64,000 nucleotides of DNA from an uncultured bacterium (GTDB lineage Bacteria > Krumholzibacteriota > Krumholzibacteriia > LZORAL124-64-63): NCBI GenBank assembly GCA_963727525.1, contig CAVSGO010000007.1:1189393-1253392 (forward strand). The letters run 5' to 3'. The translations under genes and the position numbers were made by a program. This document shows positions 39,671-48,661 of this stretch, in pieces. Below the pieces are notes generated by a model. The model worked only from the letters and a program-made list of their open reading frames with translations, did no database searches and was not told where the DNA came from. How positions within the stretch are numbered: the first letter of the stretch is position 1; every line of letters begins with the position of its first letter.

Positions 39671-39737
39671 ACCAATCTTCACCATAAGACCCCACTGCCA
39701 ACCACTGGACTGTAGTTCTTCCCCACCACAAAGTCAA
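39671..39737 (-). promoter_or_regulatory. mraZ promoter (-35 TTGACT / -10 TACAGT) followed by four 10-bp-phased GTGGN repeats (putative MraZ operator)
   Basis: On the minus strand: TTGACT (39737-39732), 17-nt spacer, TACAGT (39714-39709). Downstream of this come GTGGT/GTGGG/ATGGT/TTGGT at exact 10-bp spacing (plus-strand ACCAA 39671, ACCAT 39681, CCCAC 39691, ACCAC 39701), overlapping the predicted TSS to +35. This resembles the direct-repeat MraZ boxes of other bacteria. Confidence 0.45.
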
Positions 39738-39746
39738 TAGGCTCGC

Positions 39747-39780
39747 GCAAAAAAAAGTGCGGTCCCTGTCCAGGGACCGC
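39747..39780 (-). terminator. Rho-independent terminator ending the glycan-gene operon
   Basis: Minus strand GCGGTCCCTG-GA-CAGGGACCGC (perfect 10-bp stem) followed by ACTTTTTTTTGC. It lies 40 nt after the flippase gene stop and directly upstream of the mraZ promoter. Confidence 0.6.
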
Positions 39781-39820
39781 GATTCCGTCGCAAGATATTG
39801 TCCGATAACGAATTATAACG

Positions 39821-41107
39821 TCAGAGCTTCAGGTCCCCCATCCGTGGTACCAGCAGATCGCGCCATGGCGCTTGCGTCACCGACCGGAAACGCACCAGCA
39901 TGATCGTGCTACCGACGGCGTAGGCCACGCTCGACGCCCAGGCGGCCCCCACGGCGCCATGGGTCGGGATCCAGGCCAGACAGAGGGCAACGTTGGCCGC
40001 CACCGTCGCGGCGCTGGCCTGGGTATTCCAGCCCGACCGGCCGCGGCCGATGAAATCGCCCGCCAGCACCGCCCCCGGGGCGAAGCAGACGATGCCAGGC
40101 AGCAATGCGCGCAGAGGCGCGGCCGACGCCGCGTAACTGCCACGAAAGAGCCACCCGAACACGGGTCCAGCGAGCAACGCCACGAACACCGCCCCCACGG
40201 CCGTGAGCGTCAAGCCCAGGCGCACCGCGCGCGCGGCCGTGGCGTCGCGCACGTGCGGATCGCCGACGTCGGCCGAGGAATGCACGAGGAACGGATTGAG
40301 CGCCTCGGGCAGCATCCAGAGCATCTCCCCCGCCCACACCGCCACGCTATAGATCCCCACCGCCGCCGCGCCGTGATCGAACTCGAGGAAGCCCTGGTCC
40401 ACGCGCAGGAGCAGGAGATACGCCACCGCCGAAAGCTGACCGAGCCAGCCGTGGCGCAGACACCAGCCCACGAGGCGCGGGATCGACGGCGCCGACGCGA
40501 ACTCCGCACGCCCGGACAGCGCGCGTACGGCGAGGATCGCGAGGGCGACCGCCGCCCCCACCTGCACCGCGGCGTACACGCCGATCGCCCCCCGCAGGTT
40601 GAGCGAACCGACGAGGACGAGGACCGCCACACCAGCGAGCTGGGCGATGGCGCGGCCGGCGTTCACGATGGTGCCGGTCACGAGCCGACCGGTGGCCAGC
40701 AGGTCGTAGGTATGGATATCGAAGGCCACCAGTGCCAGCGTGGCCGCGGCCGTGGCGACGAGGCCGAAGCGATCCCACCCCAGGTGCCGCGTGATCCCGG
40801 ACCAGGCGTGCCCCCGCTGCACGGCGAGCACGACCGCGGCGAGCACGAGTGCCAGCAGTCCGAGCCAGCACGCCTGCGCCACGAGCAGGCGCCGCGCGGG
40901 AAGCGTGCGCTGGCGTAGCGGCGGCACGGCGGCCAGGCCCATGCCGCCGTTGAGCAGGGCGGCGACGACCATGGCCACCATCATCGTGAGGCTGAAGTAT
41001 CCCTGCCCCGCGGGACCGAGATGGCCCGCGAGCAGAACCACGACGAGTGCGCCCGCCGCCTTCTGCACGATGCGCCAGACGACGATGCGCGAACCCGTGC
41101 CGACCAT
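39821..41107 (-). CDS. MOP-superfamily polysaccharide flippase (Wzx/MurJ-like)
   Basis: About 12-14 TM helices across 429 aa. It is the last gene of the glycan operon. ATG at 41107 lies 2 nt after the upstream stop. Confidence 0.7.
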   Translation of the reverse strand: MVGTGSRIVVWRIVQKAAGALVVVLLAGHLGPAGQGYFSLTMMVAMVVAALLNGGMGLAAVPPLRQRTLPARRLLVAQACWLGLLALVLAAVVLAVQRGHAWSGITRHLGWDRFGLVATAAATLALVAFDIHTYDLLATGRLVTGTIVNAGRAIAQLAGVAVLVLVGSLNLRGAIGVYAAVQVGAAVALAILAVRALSGRAEFASAPSIPRLVGWCLRHGWLGQLSAVAYLLLLRVDQGFLEFDHGAAAVGIYSVAVWAGEMLWMLPEALNPFLVHSSADVGDPHVRDATAARAVRLGLTLTAVGAVFVALLAGPVFGWLFRGSYAASAAPLRALLPGIVCFAPGAVLAGDFIGRGRSGWNTQASAATVAANVALCLAWIPTHGAVGAAWASSVAYAVGSTIMLVRFRSVTQAPWRDLLVPRMGDLKL

Positions 41108-41109
41108 TG

Positions 41110-42114
41110 TCACGGCCCACCCCGCAGCGTCCGCCGCATCGCCGCCGCCACGGTCCACAGCGGATGCGAGCGGCGGAGCTGGCAACGCACCTCCTCGGCC
41201 GCCCCCATCAGGCGCTTGAACTGCCGCAGGCCGGTGCGCCCCGCGTAGCCGCCGAAGTCAAGGACCCGCGCGCCGCGTGCACATCCCTCGACGATGTCCT
41301 GCCAGTAGAGCAGGGTCGAGGGAAAGACCTCGCGCGCCAGATCCGGACGGCTCGCGCCGTAGAGCGCCGCGACGCGGTCGCGCCAGGCGATGCAGAAATG
41401 GCCGCCGACGATCACTCCCCGCCGCCGCACCAGGGCGAAGAACGCGTGCTGTGAACGCTCGCGCAACAGGGCCTGCATGAACTCGAGCGGCACCGGCGCC
41501 TGCGCCCAGCTGGCGGCCACGTCCAGATAGATGGCATACCAGGCGGCGACGTCGTCGGGATCGGTGCTCGTGTGCAGTGTGCAGCCGCGTTTCAGCCCGC
41601 GATTGCGTTCGTTGCGGCGGTTATTCGAGAGCACGGTGCGCTCGATGTGGGCGAGGCCGCCCGAGAGATCGATCACGGCGGTAGCCACGTCTTCCCGTTG
41701 CCAGCCGGACGCCGCCGGCACGAGCGCCGACTGCGCCGCACTCAGCGTCACCGCGGCGGTGATCGTGCGGCCGCGCACACTCGCGCCGCAGGCGTCGAGA
41801 AGGGCCCCGGCCACGCGCCTCCGTTCGGCCGGCGTCAGGTCGTCGCTCACCTGGGGGCCGGCCGGACTGCCCTCGAGGCCGCTCTCGAGCCGATCGAAAC
41901 CGTGGCGACGGCGGCTGAGCGCCACCAGCCCGCCCACGAGAGCGCCCTCGCGGTGGGCCGCCCACCAGCGCTGCGCGGCATGCGGGTAGTACCGGGCCGC
42001 GGCGTCGTTCCACCATGCGGACGCGGCGAAGTCGGTCGCCGCGACACCGTCGAGCCACGCATCCCAGCCCGCGGGCGCCGTACCGCCGCTCGTGACCGTG
42101 ATCACCGCAGGCAT
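41110..42114 (-). CDS. FemAB-like / BioF2-like GNAT-fold acyl- or peptidyl-transferase
   Basis: Its length, position in a glycan cluster and composition match the GNAT-fold FemAB-like proteins commonly encoded in EPS/O-antigen loci; the assignment is by family resemblance only. Confidence 0.5.
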   Translation of the reverse strand: MPAVITVTSGGTAPAGWDAWLDGVAATDFAASAWWNDAAARYYPHAAQRWWAAHREGALVGGLVALSRRRHGFDRLESGLEGSPAGPQVSDDLTPAERRRVAGALLDACGASVRGRTITAAVTLSAAQSALVPAASGWQREDVATAVIDLSGGLAHIERTVLSNNRRNERNRGLKRGCTLHTSTDPDDVAAWYAIYLDVAASWAQAPVPLEFMQALLRERSQHAFFALVRRRGVIVGGHFCIAWRDRVAALYGASRPDLAREVFPSTLLYWQDIVEGCARGARVLDFGGYAGRTGLRQFKRLMGAAEEVRCQLRRSHPLWTVAAAMRRTLRGGP

Positions 42115-43529
42115 GGTCGCTCGAGCAACGTGGCCAGAGCATCACGGACCCCGCGCCGGTCGCCCAGCGCCGCGAGGTCGAGTAGGTGCGGCATCAGGCG
42201 GGCCGCCGCGTCGGGATCACCGGTGCGGCAACGCGCCTGGTTGATCAGCGGGTTGGCGCTGGTCTCGAGCACCTCGCCGGGATCCAGCAACGACTCGTGG
42301 CACTTCTCGCCGGGCCGCAGGCCCACGATCTCGATCCCGGGTCCGAGATCGTCGTTCTCCACGTCGAATCCCGACAGCGCGAGCAGCGTGCGCGCCAGTT
42401 CCAGGATCGACACCGGGTCGCCCATTTCGAGGATGTACGTAGCACCCGCCTCGCCCAGGACCATGGCCTCGAGGACCAGAAGCGCCGCTTCCTTGATGGT
42501 CATGAAGTAACGCGTCATCTGCGGGTCCGTGATCGGCAACGGCAAGCCCTGAGCGATGCGCCGCTGGAAGAACGGCACCACCGAGCCGCGGCTGCCGAGC
42601 ACATTGCCAAAGCGCACCGTCATGAAGCGCGTCGACCCGGGACCGGCCTGGGCATGCCGTACGAGAAGCTCTGCGAGCTTCTTCGTGGCGCCCATGATGC
42701 TCTGCGGCGCGACCGCCTTGTCGGTGCTCACCATCACGAAGCGCTCGGCGACGACCTCCCGCGCGAACGCGATGAGATTGGCCGTGCCGCCGCCGTTGAC
42801 GACCACGGCCTCCTCGGGATTCGCCTCCATCAGGGGCACGTGCTTGTGGGCCGCGGCGTGCAGAATGAGCTGCGGGCGGTGCCGCTGCGCGAGCACAGTG
42901 AGACGGGCCGCGTCGCGCACGTCGCACACCACCGTCGTGAGCCGGGTCTTGCCGGCGCGCGGCGCCAGCTCGCCGTGGATCTCGAAGAGGCTGTTTTCGC
43001 CGCGGCCGAGCAAGATGAGTTCCTGCGGCTGCAGTGTCAGGAGCTGGCGGCACAGCTCGCCACCGATCGATCCGCCAGCACCGGTCACGAGTACGGTGCG
43101 CCCCTCCACAACGTCGCGCGCCGGACCGGTCTGGAAGGTCACCGTCTCGCGGCCGAGCAGATCCTCGGGCGCGATGGGGCGCACCTGCTGGAAGCTGACG
43201 TCGCCCTCGATGATGGCGCGCAGGCCAGGCACGATGCGAAAGGGCAGCTTCGCGCGCCGGCACAGCATGAGCAAGCGGCGGATGAGCGCCCCGCGCGCAC
43301 TCGGGATGGCCAGCAGGATCTCCTGCGCGCTGACCGCGCGGGCCGCGTCCACCAGGTGGGTCGTATCGCCGACCACCGGCAGCCCGACCACTTCCTTCCC
43401 CAGCAGGGCGGCATCGTCGTCGACGAAACCGACCGGCTCGACGGCCAGATCCTGTTCGCGGATCTGCCGCACCAGCGAGCGTCCGGCCTCGCCGGCGCCG
43501 ACGATGAGCAAGCGCGCCTTGGTGGTCAA
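42102..43529 (-). CDS. CapD/PglF/WbpM-like NDP-sugar 4,6-dehydratase (soluble form lacking the TM region)
   Basis: Rossmann motifs LIVGAGEAG and VLVTGAGGSIGGEL plus a catalytic MVSTDKAV...Y...K region. TTG at 43529 (GGAAAGGA RBS, TTGA overlap with the upstream stop) is preferred over the ORF-track start at 43730. Confidence 0.75.
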   Translation of the reverse strand: MTTKARLLIVGAGEAGRSLVRQIREQDLAVEPVGFVDDDAALLGKEVVGLPVVGDTTHLVDAARAVSAQEILLAIPSARGALIRRLLMLCRRAKLPFRIVPGLRAIIEGDVSFQQVRPIAPEDLLGRETVTFQTGPARDVVEGRTVLVTGAGGSIGGELCRQLLTLQPQELILLGRGENSLFEIHGELAPRAGKTRLTTVVCDVRDAARLTVLAQRHRPQLILHAAAHKHVPLMEANPEEAVVVNGGGTANLIAFAREVVAERFVMVSTDKAVAPQSIMGATKKLAELLVRHAQAGPGSTRFMTVRFGNVLGSRGSVVPFFQRRIAQGLPLPITDPQMTRYFMTIKEAALLVLEAMVLGEAGATYILEMGDPVSILELARTLLALSGFDVENDDLGPGIEIVGLRPGEKCHESLLDPGEVLETSANPLINQARCRTGDPDAAARLMPHLLDLAALGDRRGVRDALATLLERPCLR

Positions 43530-45499
43530 CGAGCGTCCTTTCCCGATTCGCGACTGCCGCCGGGCTGGAACCAGAGCGTCCGCCAGGTAGATCCGCGTCC
43601 GCCCGCCCAGGCGCCGGTGAGTCCCGGCGGCGCCGAGATCGCGTTCCAGAACGGATCGGCGTCCCAGGCGTTCGGCCGCGGCCCCACGAGGGACACGTGC
43701 CCCCGCAACAGTGCGACGACCAGCGGCCACTGCCTCCAGAGGGGCAAGATGCGCCCATCCCGGCCGGTCGCAATCGTGACCCGGAGATTATGCCCGCCCG
43801 CGCCGCGCCAGTCGATGATTTCCCGCCCCGAATGACCGCGCGACCAGACCGCCACCACCGCCAGGGCCGCCCCCACGACCAGCCCCAGCACCCTCAGGCC
43901 GGCGCGACGCAGAGTCTGTCCATCGTCCGGGTCGAGCACGCCGCTCACGTCCGCACCGAAAGTCTCCGCCCGGGCCCCGGCCTCGAGCATCCAGGCTTCG
44001 TCGATGCGCCAACGCAGTCGGATGCGCGCGCGGCGCAGCTGCGCGAGCTCGGCCGCATCGCCCCGGGGAGCCTGCCAGAACACGACCTGGGACACCCGCA
44101 GCCGCTCGACGAGTGCCGGCAGCTCCTGCACCGGCCCGAGCCACGGGATCTCCAGCTCCTGGTCCGTGACGGGCGCATCGGTCACGTAGCCCACGGGATC
44201 GATCCCCTCGCGGCGCGGGTCCGGACAGCCGCCCAACCACTGCTGGAGCTGCGCGGGCGTGGCCACGAGCAACGTGCGCTCCAGGGAGAAGTAGCCGCGC
44301 TCCATGCGACGCCGCAGGCGGGTGAAGATCTGTTCACCCAGGATGGTCAGCCCGGTGAACAGCGCCAGGAAGAGCACGAGCACCGCGCGACTCACGACGT
44401 CCTGTCGACCGAGGTACGGCGTCGCCAGCAGGAGCAGCCCCACGAGGCCCTGCTGCCGCACATACTCGCCCAGTCGCGTGAGTCGGCGCAGCCGCTCGCC
44501 CCGGTACCGCCCCAGGAGCAGGAACGTCACCGTCACGAGCAGGGCGGCGTACGCCAGGAAGCCGCGATACCAGGACAGCGGGAAGAGGGTCTCGGGAAAC
44601 AATGGCTGGAACGCACGCCGCACCCCGTACGCAGTGAGGAAGGCGACGAGAAGCAGCACCATGTCCAGCAGCCAGAGCCCGATCTGGTCGAGCGGTTGCC
44701 GCCACTTCTTGAGCAGGTAGACGAGCACGCCCCACTTCTCGTAGAACGACATCAGGCTCGTCAGGTGCAGCCAGTAGCTGCGCGTCAGCGGGCCGCGCGC
44801 ACTGGCGCGCCGGTGGCGGTGCACGAAACGCGCAGCGGGCGTGTAGACGACCTCATACCCGCAGCGCCACATGCGGTAGCACCAGTCGACGTCCTCGAAG
44901 TACAGGAAGAAGCGCTCGTCCATCGGTCCGCACCGCGCCAGCGCGTCGCGCCGCACCAGGAGGCAGCCGCCCAGCACCCAGTCCACCGGACGTTCGCTCA
45001 AATGGTCGAAGTCGCGCATGAGATGGCGACTCACCGTGCGGCTGCGGGGAACGACGCGTCCCAGCGGCGTCCGCCGCAGCAGCAGCGTGCGCAGGGTGTA
45101 GAAGCGCCGACACGACTCCTGCACGCTGCCGTCGTCGTTGAGCAGTTGCGGACCGATGATGCCGGCGCGCGGCCGTGCGGCGGCGAAGGCCACGAGCGCG
45201 TCGAGCGAGCCCGGCAGCACCACGATGTCGGGATTCAGGATGAGGTAATAGTCGGCCGCCACCTGCGCGAGTCCCTGGTTGCACCCGCGCGCGTAGCCCC
45301 GGTTCTCGGTGTTCATGAGCCAGTGGCAGGCCGGAAAACGATCGCGCACACGATCGAGATCGGGGGCGGTGCTCGCGTTGTCCACGACGACGATCTCGTG
45401 GGCACACGCCGGCGCTTGCTCGTGCAGCGAGGCCAGGCATCGCTCGAGATCGTCGGGCGTGTTGTAATGAATGATCACGATGCCGAGCGTCACCGACAT
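43526..45499 (-). CDS. Bifunctional GT2 glycosyltransferase fused to a bacterial sugar-transferase (phosphoglycosyl transferase, PF02397-like) domain
   Basis: N-terminal GT2 (IVIIHYNTPDDLERCL...VVDNAST, DxD in the FEDVDW region), central TM helices, and a C-terminal LRGHVSLVGPRP...PGLTGAW that matches the ...MSLVGPRP...KPGITG motif of priming sugar transferases. ATG at 45499 shares 1 nt with the upstream stop. Confidence 0.7.
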   Translation of the reverse strand: MSVTLGIVIIHYNTPDDLERCLASLHEQAPACAHEIVVVDNASTAPDLDRVRDRFPACHWLMNTENRGYARGCNQGLAQVAADYYLILNPDIVVLPGSLDALVAFAAARPRAGIIGPQLLNDDGSVQESCRRFYTLRTLLLRRTPLGRVVPRSRTVSRHLMRDFDHLSERPVDWVLGGCLLVRRDALARCGPMDERFFLYFEDVDWCYRMWRCGYEVVYTPAARFVHRHRRASARGPLTRSYWLHLTSLMSFYEKWGVLVYLLKKWRQPLDQIGLWLLDMVLLLVAFLTAYGVRRAFQPLFPETLFPLSWYRGFLAYAALLVTVTFLLLGRYRGERLRRLTRLGEYVRQQGLVGLLLLATPYLGRQDVVSRAVLVLFLALFTGLTILGEQIFTRLRRRMERGYFSLERTLLVATPAQLQQWLGGCPDPRREGIDPVGYVTDAPVTDQELEIPWLGPVQELPALVERLRVSQVVFWQAPRGDAAELAQLRRARIRLRWRIDEAWMLEAGARAETFGADVSGVLDPDDGQTLRRAGLRVLGLVVGAALAVVAVWSRGHSGREIIDWRGAGGHNLRVTIATGRDGRILPLWRQWPLVVALLRGHVSLVGPRPNAWDADPFWNAISAPPGLTGAWAGGRGSTWRTLWFQPGGSRESGKDAR

Positions 45500-46215
45500 C
45501 ACGGAATCTTCTTCAGCCGCAGGGCCCACACCACCCACGCCGCTTCCAAGATGATCCGTCGCGACATCTTGCTCATGCCGACCTGCCGATCGACGAAGAG
45601 TATCGGAATCTCCTTGATGCGCATCCCGCGTTTCCACACGTGGTACGTCACCTCGATCTGGAAACTGTAGCCGTCGCTCTTGATCCGGTCGAGGGGCAGC
45701 GCCGCGAGGGTCGAGCGGCGGAAGCACTTGAAGCCGCCCGTGCAATCGCTGACCGGCAGGCCCGTGATCAAGCGCGCGTAGTGATTGGCGCCCACGCTGA
45801 GGATGAGCCGGCTCAGCGGCCAGTTCACCACCGTGATGCCATGCAGATAGCGGCTACCGAGCACGAGATCGTGGTCGGCGATCTCGCGCAGGAATTGGGG
45901 CAGCGCCGTGGGGTCGTGGCTATGATCGGCATCCATCTCGAAGATCACGTCGCATTCGGTGTTGGCCAGCACCCACTGGAAGCCGGCGATGTAGGCCTGT
46001 CCCAGGCCGGCCTTGCTGGGCCGCAGCAGTAGATGCAGCCGCGTGCCGAAGCCGGGCAGACCGCGCACCACGTCGGCCGTGCCATCGGGCGAGCTGTCGT
46101 CCACGACCAGCACGGCGAGCCGGGGATCCTGCGCGAGGATCTCGGGTACGATGCGCGCGATGTTCTCCGCCTCGTTGTAGGTCGGTACCACCACGATGGG
46201 CCGCATCTCACTCAT
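45499..46215 (-). CDS. GT2 polyprenyl-phosphate sugar synthase (Dpm1/Ppm1-like, e.g. polyprenol-P-mannose synthase)
   Basis: IVVVPTYNEAENI...VVDDSSPDGT...EMDADHSHDP...GFKCFRR motifs are typical of the dolichyl/polyprenyl-phosphate mannosyl/glucosyl transferase family. There is no C-terminal TM. GGAGG RBS. Confidence 0.75.
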   Translation of the reverse strand: MSEMRPIVVVPTYNEAENIARIVPEILAQDPRLAVLVVDDSSPDGTADVVRGLPGFGTRLHLLLRPSKAGLGQAYIAGFQWVLANTECDVIFEMDADHSHDPTALPQFLREIADHDLVLGSRYLHGITVVNWPLSRLILSVGANHYARLITGLPVSDCTGGFKCFRRSTLAALPLDRIKSDGYSFQIEVTYHVWKRGMRIKEIPILFVDRQVGMSKMSRRIILEAAWVVWALRLKKIP

Positions 46216-48643
46216 GTCGCCTCCACCCCACCACCAGCAGTACGACGATGCCTAAAAGTCCGATCAGGCTGGCGACGAATCCCGCGCGCAGACCAGGCGT
46301 GTGGTAGGCGAACCGCACCTCGTGTTTTCCCGCCGGCAACGCCACGGCCCGCAACGCGTGGTCGGCCGTCAGCAACGGCTGTGCCGCGCCGTCCACGTGG
46401 ACGATCCAGCCCGGAGCGGCGAGGTCGGCAAGCACGAGCACCGCGGGCGACGGCGCCTCGGTCGCCAGCACGATCTCGTCGGGACCGTCCTTCACGAACG
46501 TCGGGCGCGGCAGTGGTGCCTCGGCGGGCACGGGCGGCGGTTCCGGGACCTGGTCGAGCACGACGGCCGCGCTCGCGTCGTGACGACCGGCGACGATCGC
46601 ATCGAGGAATGGACCGAGCGAATCGTTCGCCGCGATTGTGAAGCGGTCGACCAGCCGGGCCCGCGGCAAGGCGGCGCGATTGTGGTAGAGCCACATGTTC
46701 CCGACAGTCTGCGGCGTGGGTTCGAGGTCGAGCCCGACCTGGCGCAGCACGTCGAACGCCTCGGCCGGCAGCGCGCGCGCGAAGGTGACCGTCGTCGCTC
46801 CGAGCCAGTTCGCGAGGTGGCCGCTGGGCATCTGCCCGAAGAGCCGCTGGCGCAGTTCCTCGGCCACCGCCGGCTTGGCCGGGTAGTAGCCGCCGAGCGA
46901 CCGCACACCCACGGTCATGTAGGCATTGCTCTGGCTGTCGCGCGCCAGCGGGTACACGCGCTCGTGCCCCACCCCGGCCTGAAGCGCGGCGGCCAGAGCC
47001 GGATCGACGAGCGGGGCGCGCTGGCGACGATAGGGATGCTCGAGCCGGGCGGCGGCCAGGAGGCGCCCGCGTCCCTGCGAGTCGGCCACGACCTGCTGCA
47101 GGGCTGTCTGCGGTGCCGTCACCAGCCTCGCCACGGAACCCAGGTCCACGCACAGGAGCAGCGCGAGCACCCACACCAGCGCCCGCGCCCGGAAGACCGC
47201 GTGCCGCGTGGCCAGGAAGATCGCCCCGGCGGCCGCGAGCAGCACCAGGCCGTCGCGCACGAGGAAACTCTTCTGGAGAGCCCAGGCGCCGTCGAGCAGC
47301 ACGTCGACCGCCTGCTTGCCCGTGCCCGCGGCGACGTCCCGCAGATGGCTGCGGAACGCGCCGGCCGTGGCGCCGGACGCGCCGGCGACGAGCGTGAGCG
47401 CGCCGAGCGCCGCGAGCACGATGAGCACGATGCGCCGTTGCCGGTCACGTCCGGGGGCATCCTCGGCCAGCGCCGCCGCCCCCTGGCCCGCCAGGACCGC
47501 TGCCACGAAGGCCAGTAGCACCAGGATCATCGAGGGCACGCGGAACTTGTCGAAATACGGCAGTGCGGCATACATCGCCTGGTACAGGCCCGGACTGCGG
47601 CCTCCCAGGGCTACCAGCAGCGCCAGCACACCGGCGACCGCGCAGCAGAGCACCAGGCTGCGCCGCCGCGTCCACCAGGCCGCGCCGGCCAGCACCAGCC
47701 ATAGCCAGCCGAGGTAATTGGGATAGTCGGTGAAGGGCATCGGTCCCATGTACGTGGCCTTGCCGAAGCCCATGGCGCCGGGCTGCACCAGCGTCGGGAT
47801 CTCCTGCGGTCCGAGGCTCCAGGCCGTGGCGTAGTCGAAGCCCACACCGCCTCCCGCTCCGCTCCCGCCGCGGGTCGAGATGGCCGCGTAGTCGTGCACC
47901 GGAAGCAGCATCACGGCGCCCACCAGGAACGCGAGCGCCAGGGCAACGGCCACCAGTCCGGCGCGCCGCAACCGCGCGCCGATCGGCACGACGTCACCCA
48001 GGGGCCAGGCGACGTGCCACACGACGATGAATCCGAGCAGCAGAAGCGTGTAGTACGTGATCTGCACGTGCCCGCGCAGGAATTGCAGTCCGAGCAGCAA
48101 TGCCAGCCAGCCCACAGAACGCAGGCGCCCGCGCGTGAGCACGTCGAAGGTCAACCCCACCAGCCAGGGCAGGTACATCGCCGCGCCCAGCTTGCTGCCG
48201 TGTCCGTACACGCTCCACGCCACGATGCGCGCGAACATGAGCCAGCCCACGGCGCCCACGACCCGCGCCGCCAGCGGCAGGCGCCAGCGGCCCAGCAGCC
48301 ACACCATGCCCAGACCGCCGAAGACGAGATGGGCAAGCAGCCACGTCAGCGGCGGGAAATGGAGCTGGCGCTGGAGGAACTCGAGGATCAGGCCCGGCGG
48401 ATAGAGCCCTGGTGTGTAGGCTAGCGAACCGAAGGTGGGCATGCCGATGAAGATGAACGGAGTCCACTGGGGATAGCCGCCCGCCGCGTCGCCGGCCAGC
48501 CGGAACGCGTCGGAGCTCTCGGCGTCGGCGCTCTGGAACACGTGGCCGCGGAACATGGCCCCCGGATAGAGCCATGCCAGTATCAGGACCACGGCCAGGG
48601 CGGGCGCCCAGGCGCGCAGTCGGGACAGCGGCGGCATGGTCAC
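46208..48643 (-). CDS. YfhO-family polytopic membrane protein (GT-C fold glycosyltransferase using polyprenyl-P-sugar donors)
   Basis: 811 aa with at least 13 TM helices and a C-terminal extracytoplasmic domain plus a terminal TM, which is the YfhO architecture. GTG at 48643 has an AAGGAGG RBS (5-nt spacer). Confidence 0.7.
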   Translation of the reverse strand: MTMPPLSRLRAWAPALAVVLILAWLYPGAMFRGHVFQSADAESSDAFRLAGDAAGGYPQWTPFIFIGMPTFGSLAYTPGLYPPGLILEFLQRQLHFPPLTWLLAHLVFGGLGMVWLLGRWRLPLAARVVGAVGWLMFARIVAWSVYGHGSKLGAAMYLPWLVGLTFDVLTRGRLRSVGWLALLLGLQFLRGHVQITYYTLLLLGFIVVWHVAWPLGDVVPIGARLRRAGLVAVALALAFLVGAVMLLPVHDYAAISTRGGSGAGGGVGFDYATAWSLGPQEIPTLVQPGAMGFGKATYMGPMPFTDYPNYLGWLWLVLAGAAWWTRRRSLVLCCAVAGVLALLVALGGRSPGLYQAMYAALPYFDKFRVPSMILVLLAFVAAVLAGQGAAALAEDAPGRDRQRRIVLIVLAALGALTLVAGASGATAGAFRSHLRDVAAGTGKQAVDVLLDGAWALQKSFLVRDGLVLLAAAGAIFLATRHAVFRARALVWVLALLLCVDLGSVARLVTAPQTALQQVVADSQGRGRLLAAARLEHPYRRQRAPLVDPALAAALQAGVGHERVYPLARDSQSNAYMTVGVRSLGGYYPAKPAVAEELRQRLFGQMPSGHLANWLGATTVTFARALPAEAFDVLRQVGLDLEPTPQTVGNMWLYHNRAALPRARLVDRFTIAANDSLGPFLDAIVAGRHDASAAVVLDQVPEPPPVPAEAPLPRPTFVKDGPDEIVLATEAPSPAVLVLADLAAPGWIVHVDGAAQPLLTADHALRAVALPAGKHEVRFAYHTPGLRAGFVASLIGLLGIVVLLVVGWRRHE

Positions 48644-48661
48644 ACGGCCCTCCTTCGCGAT

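Noticed and set aside
39169-39675. Upstream roughly 170 codons of ORF 38764..39675 (would overlap mraZ on the same strand in another frame)
   Set aside because: The Gly/Arg-rich translation overlaps the conserved mraZ frame. The AAGGAG RBS and ATG at 39168 define a clean 134-aa STAS-like product.
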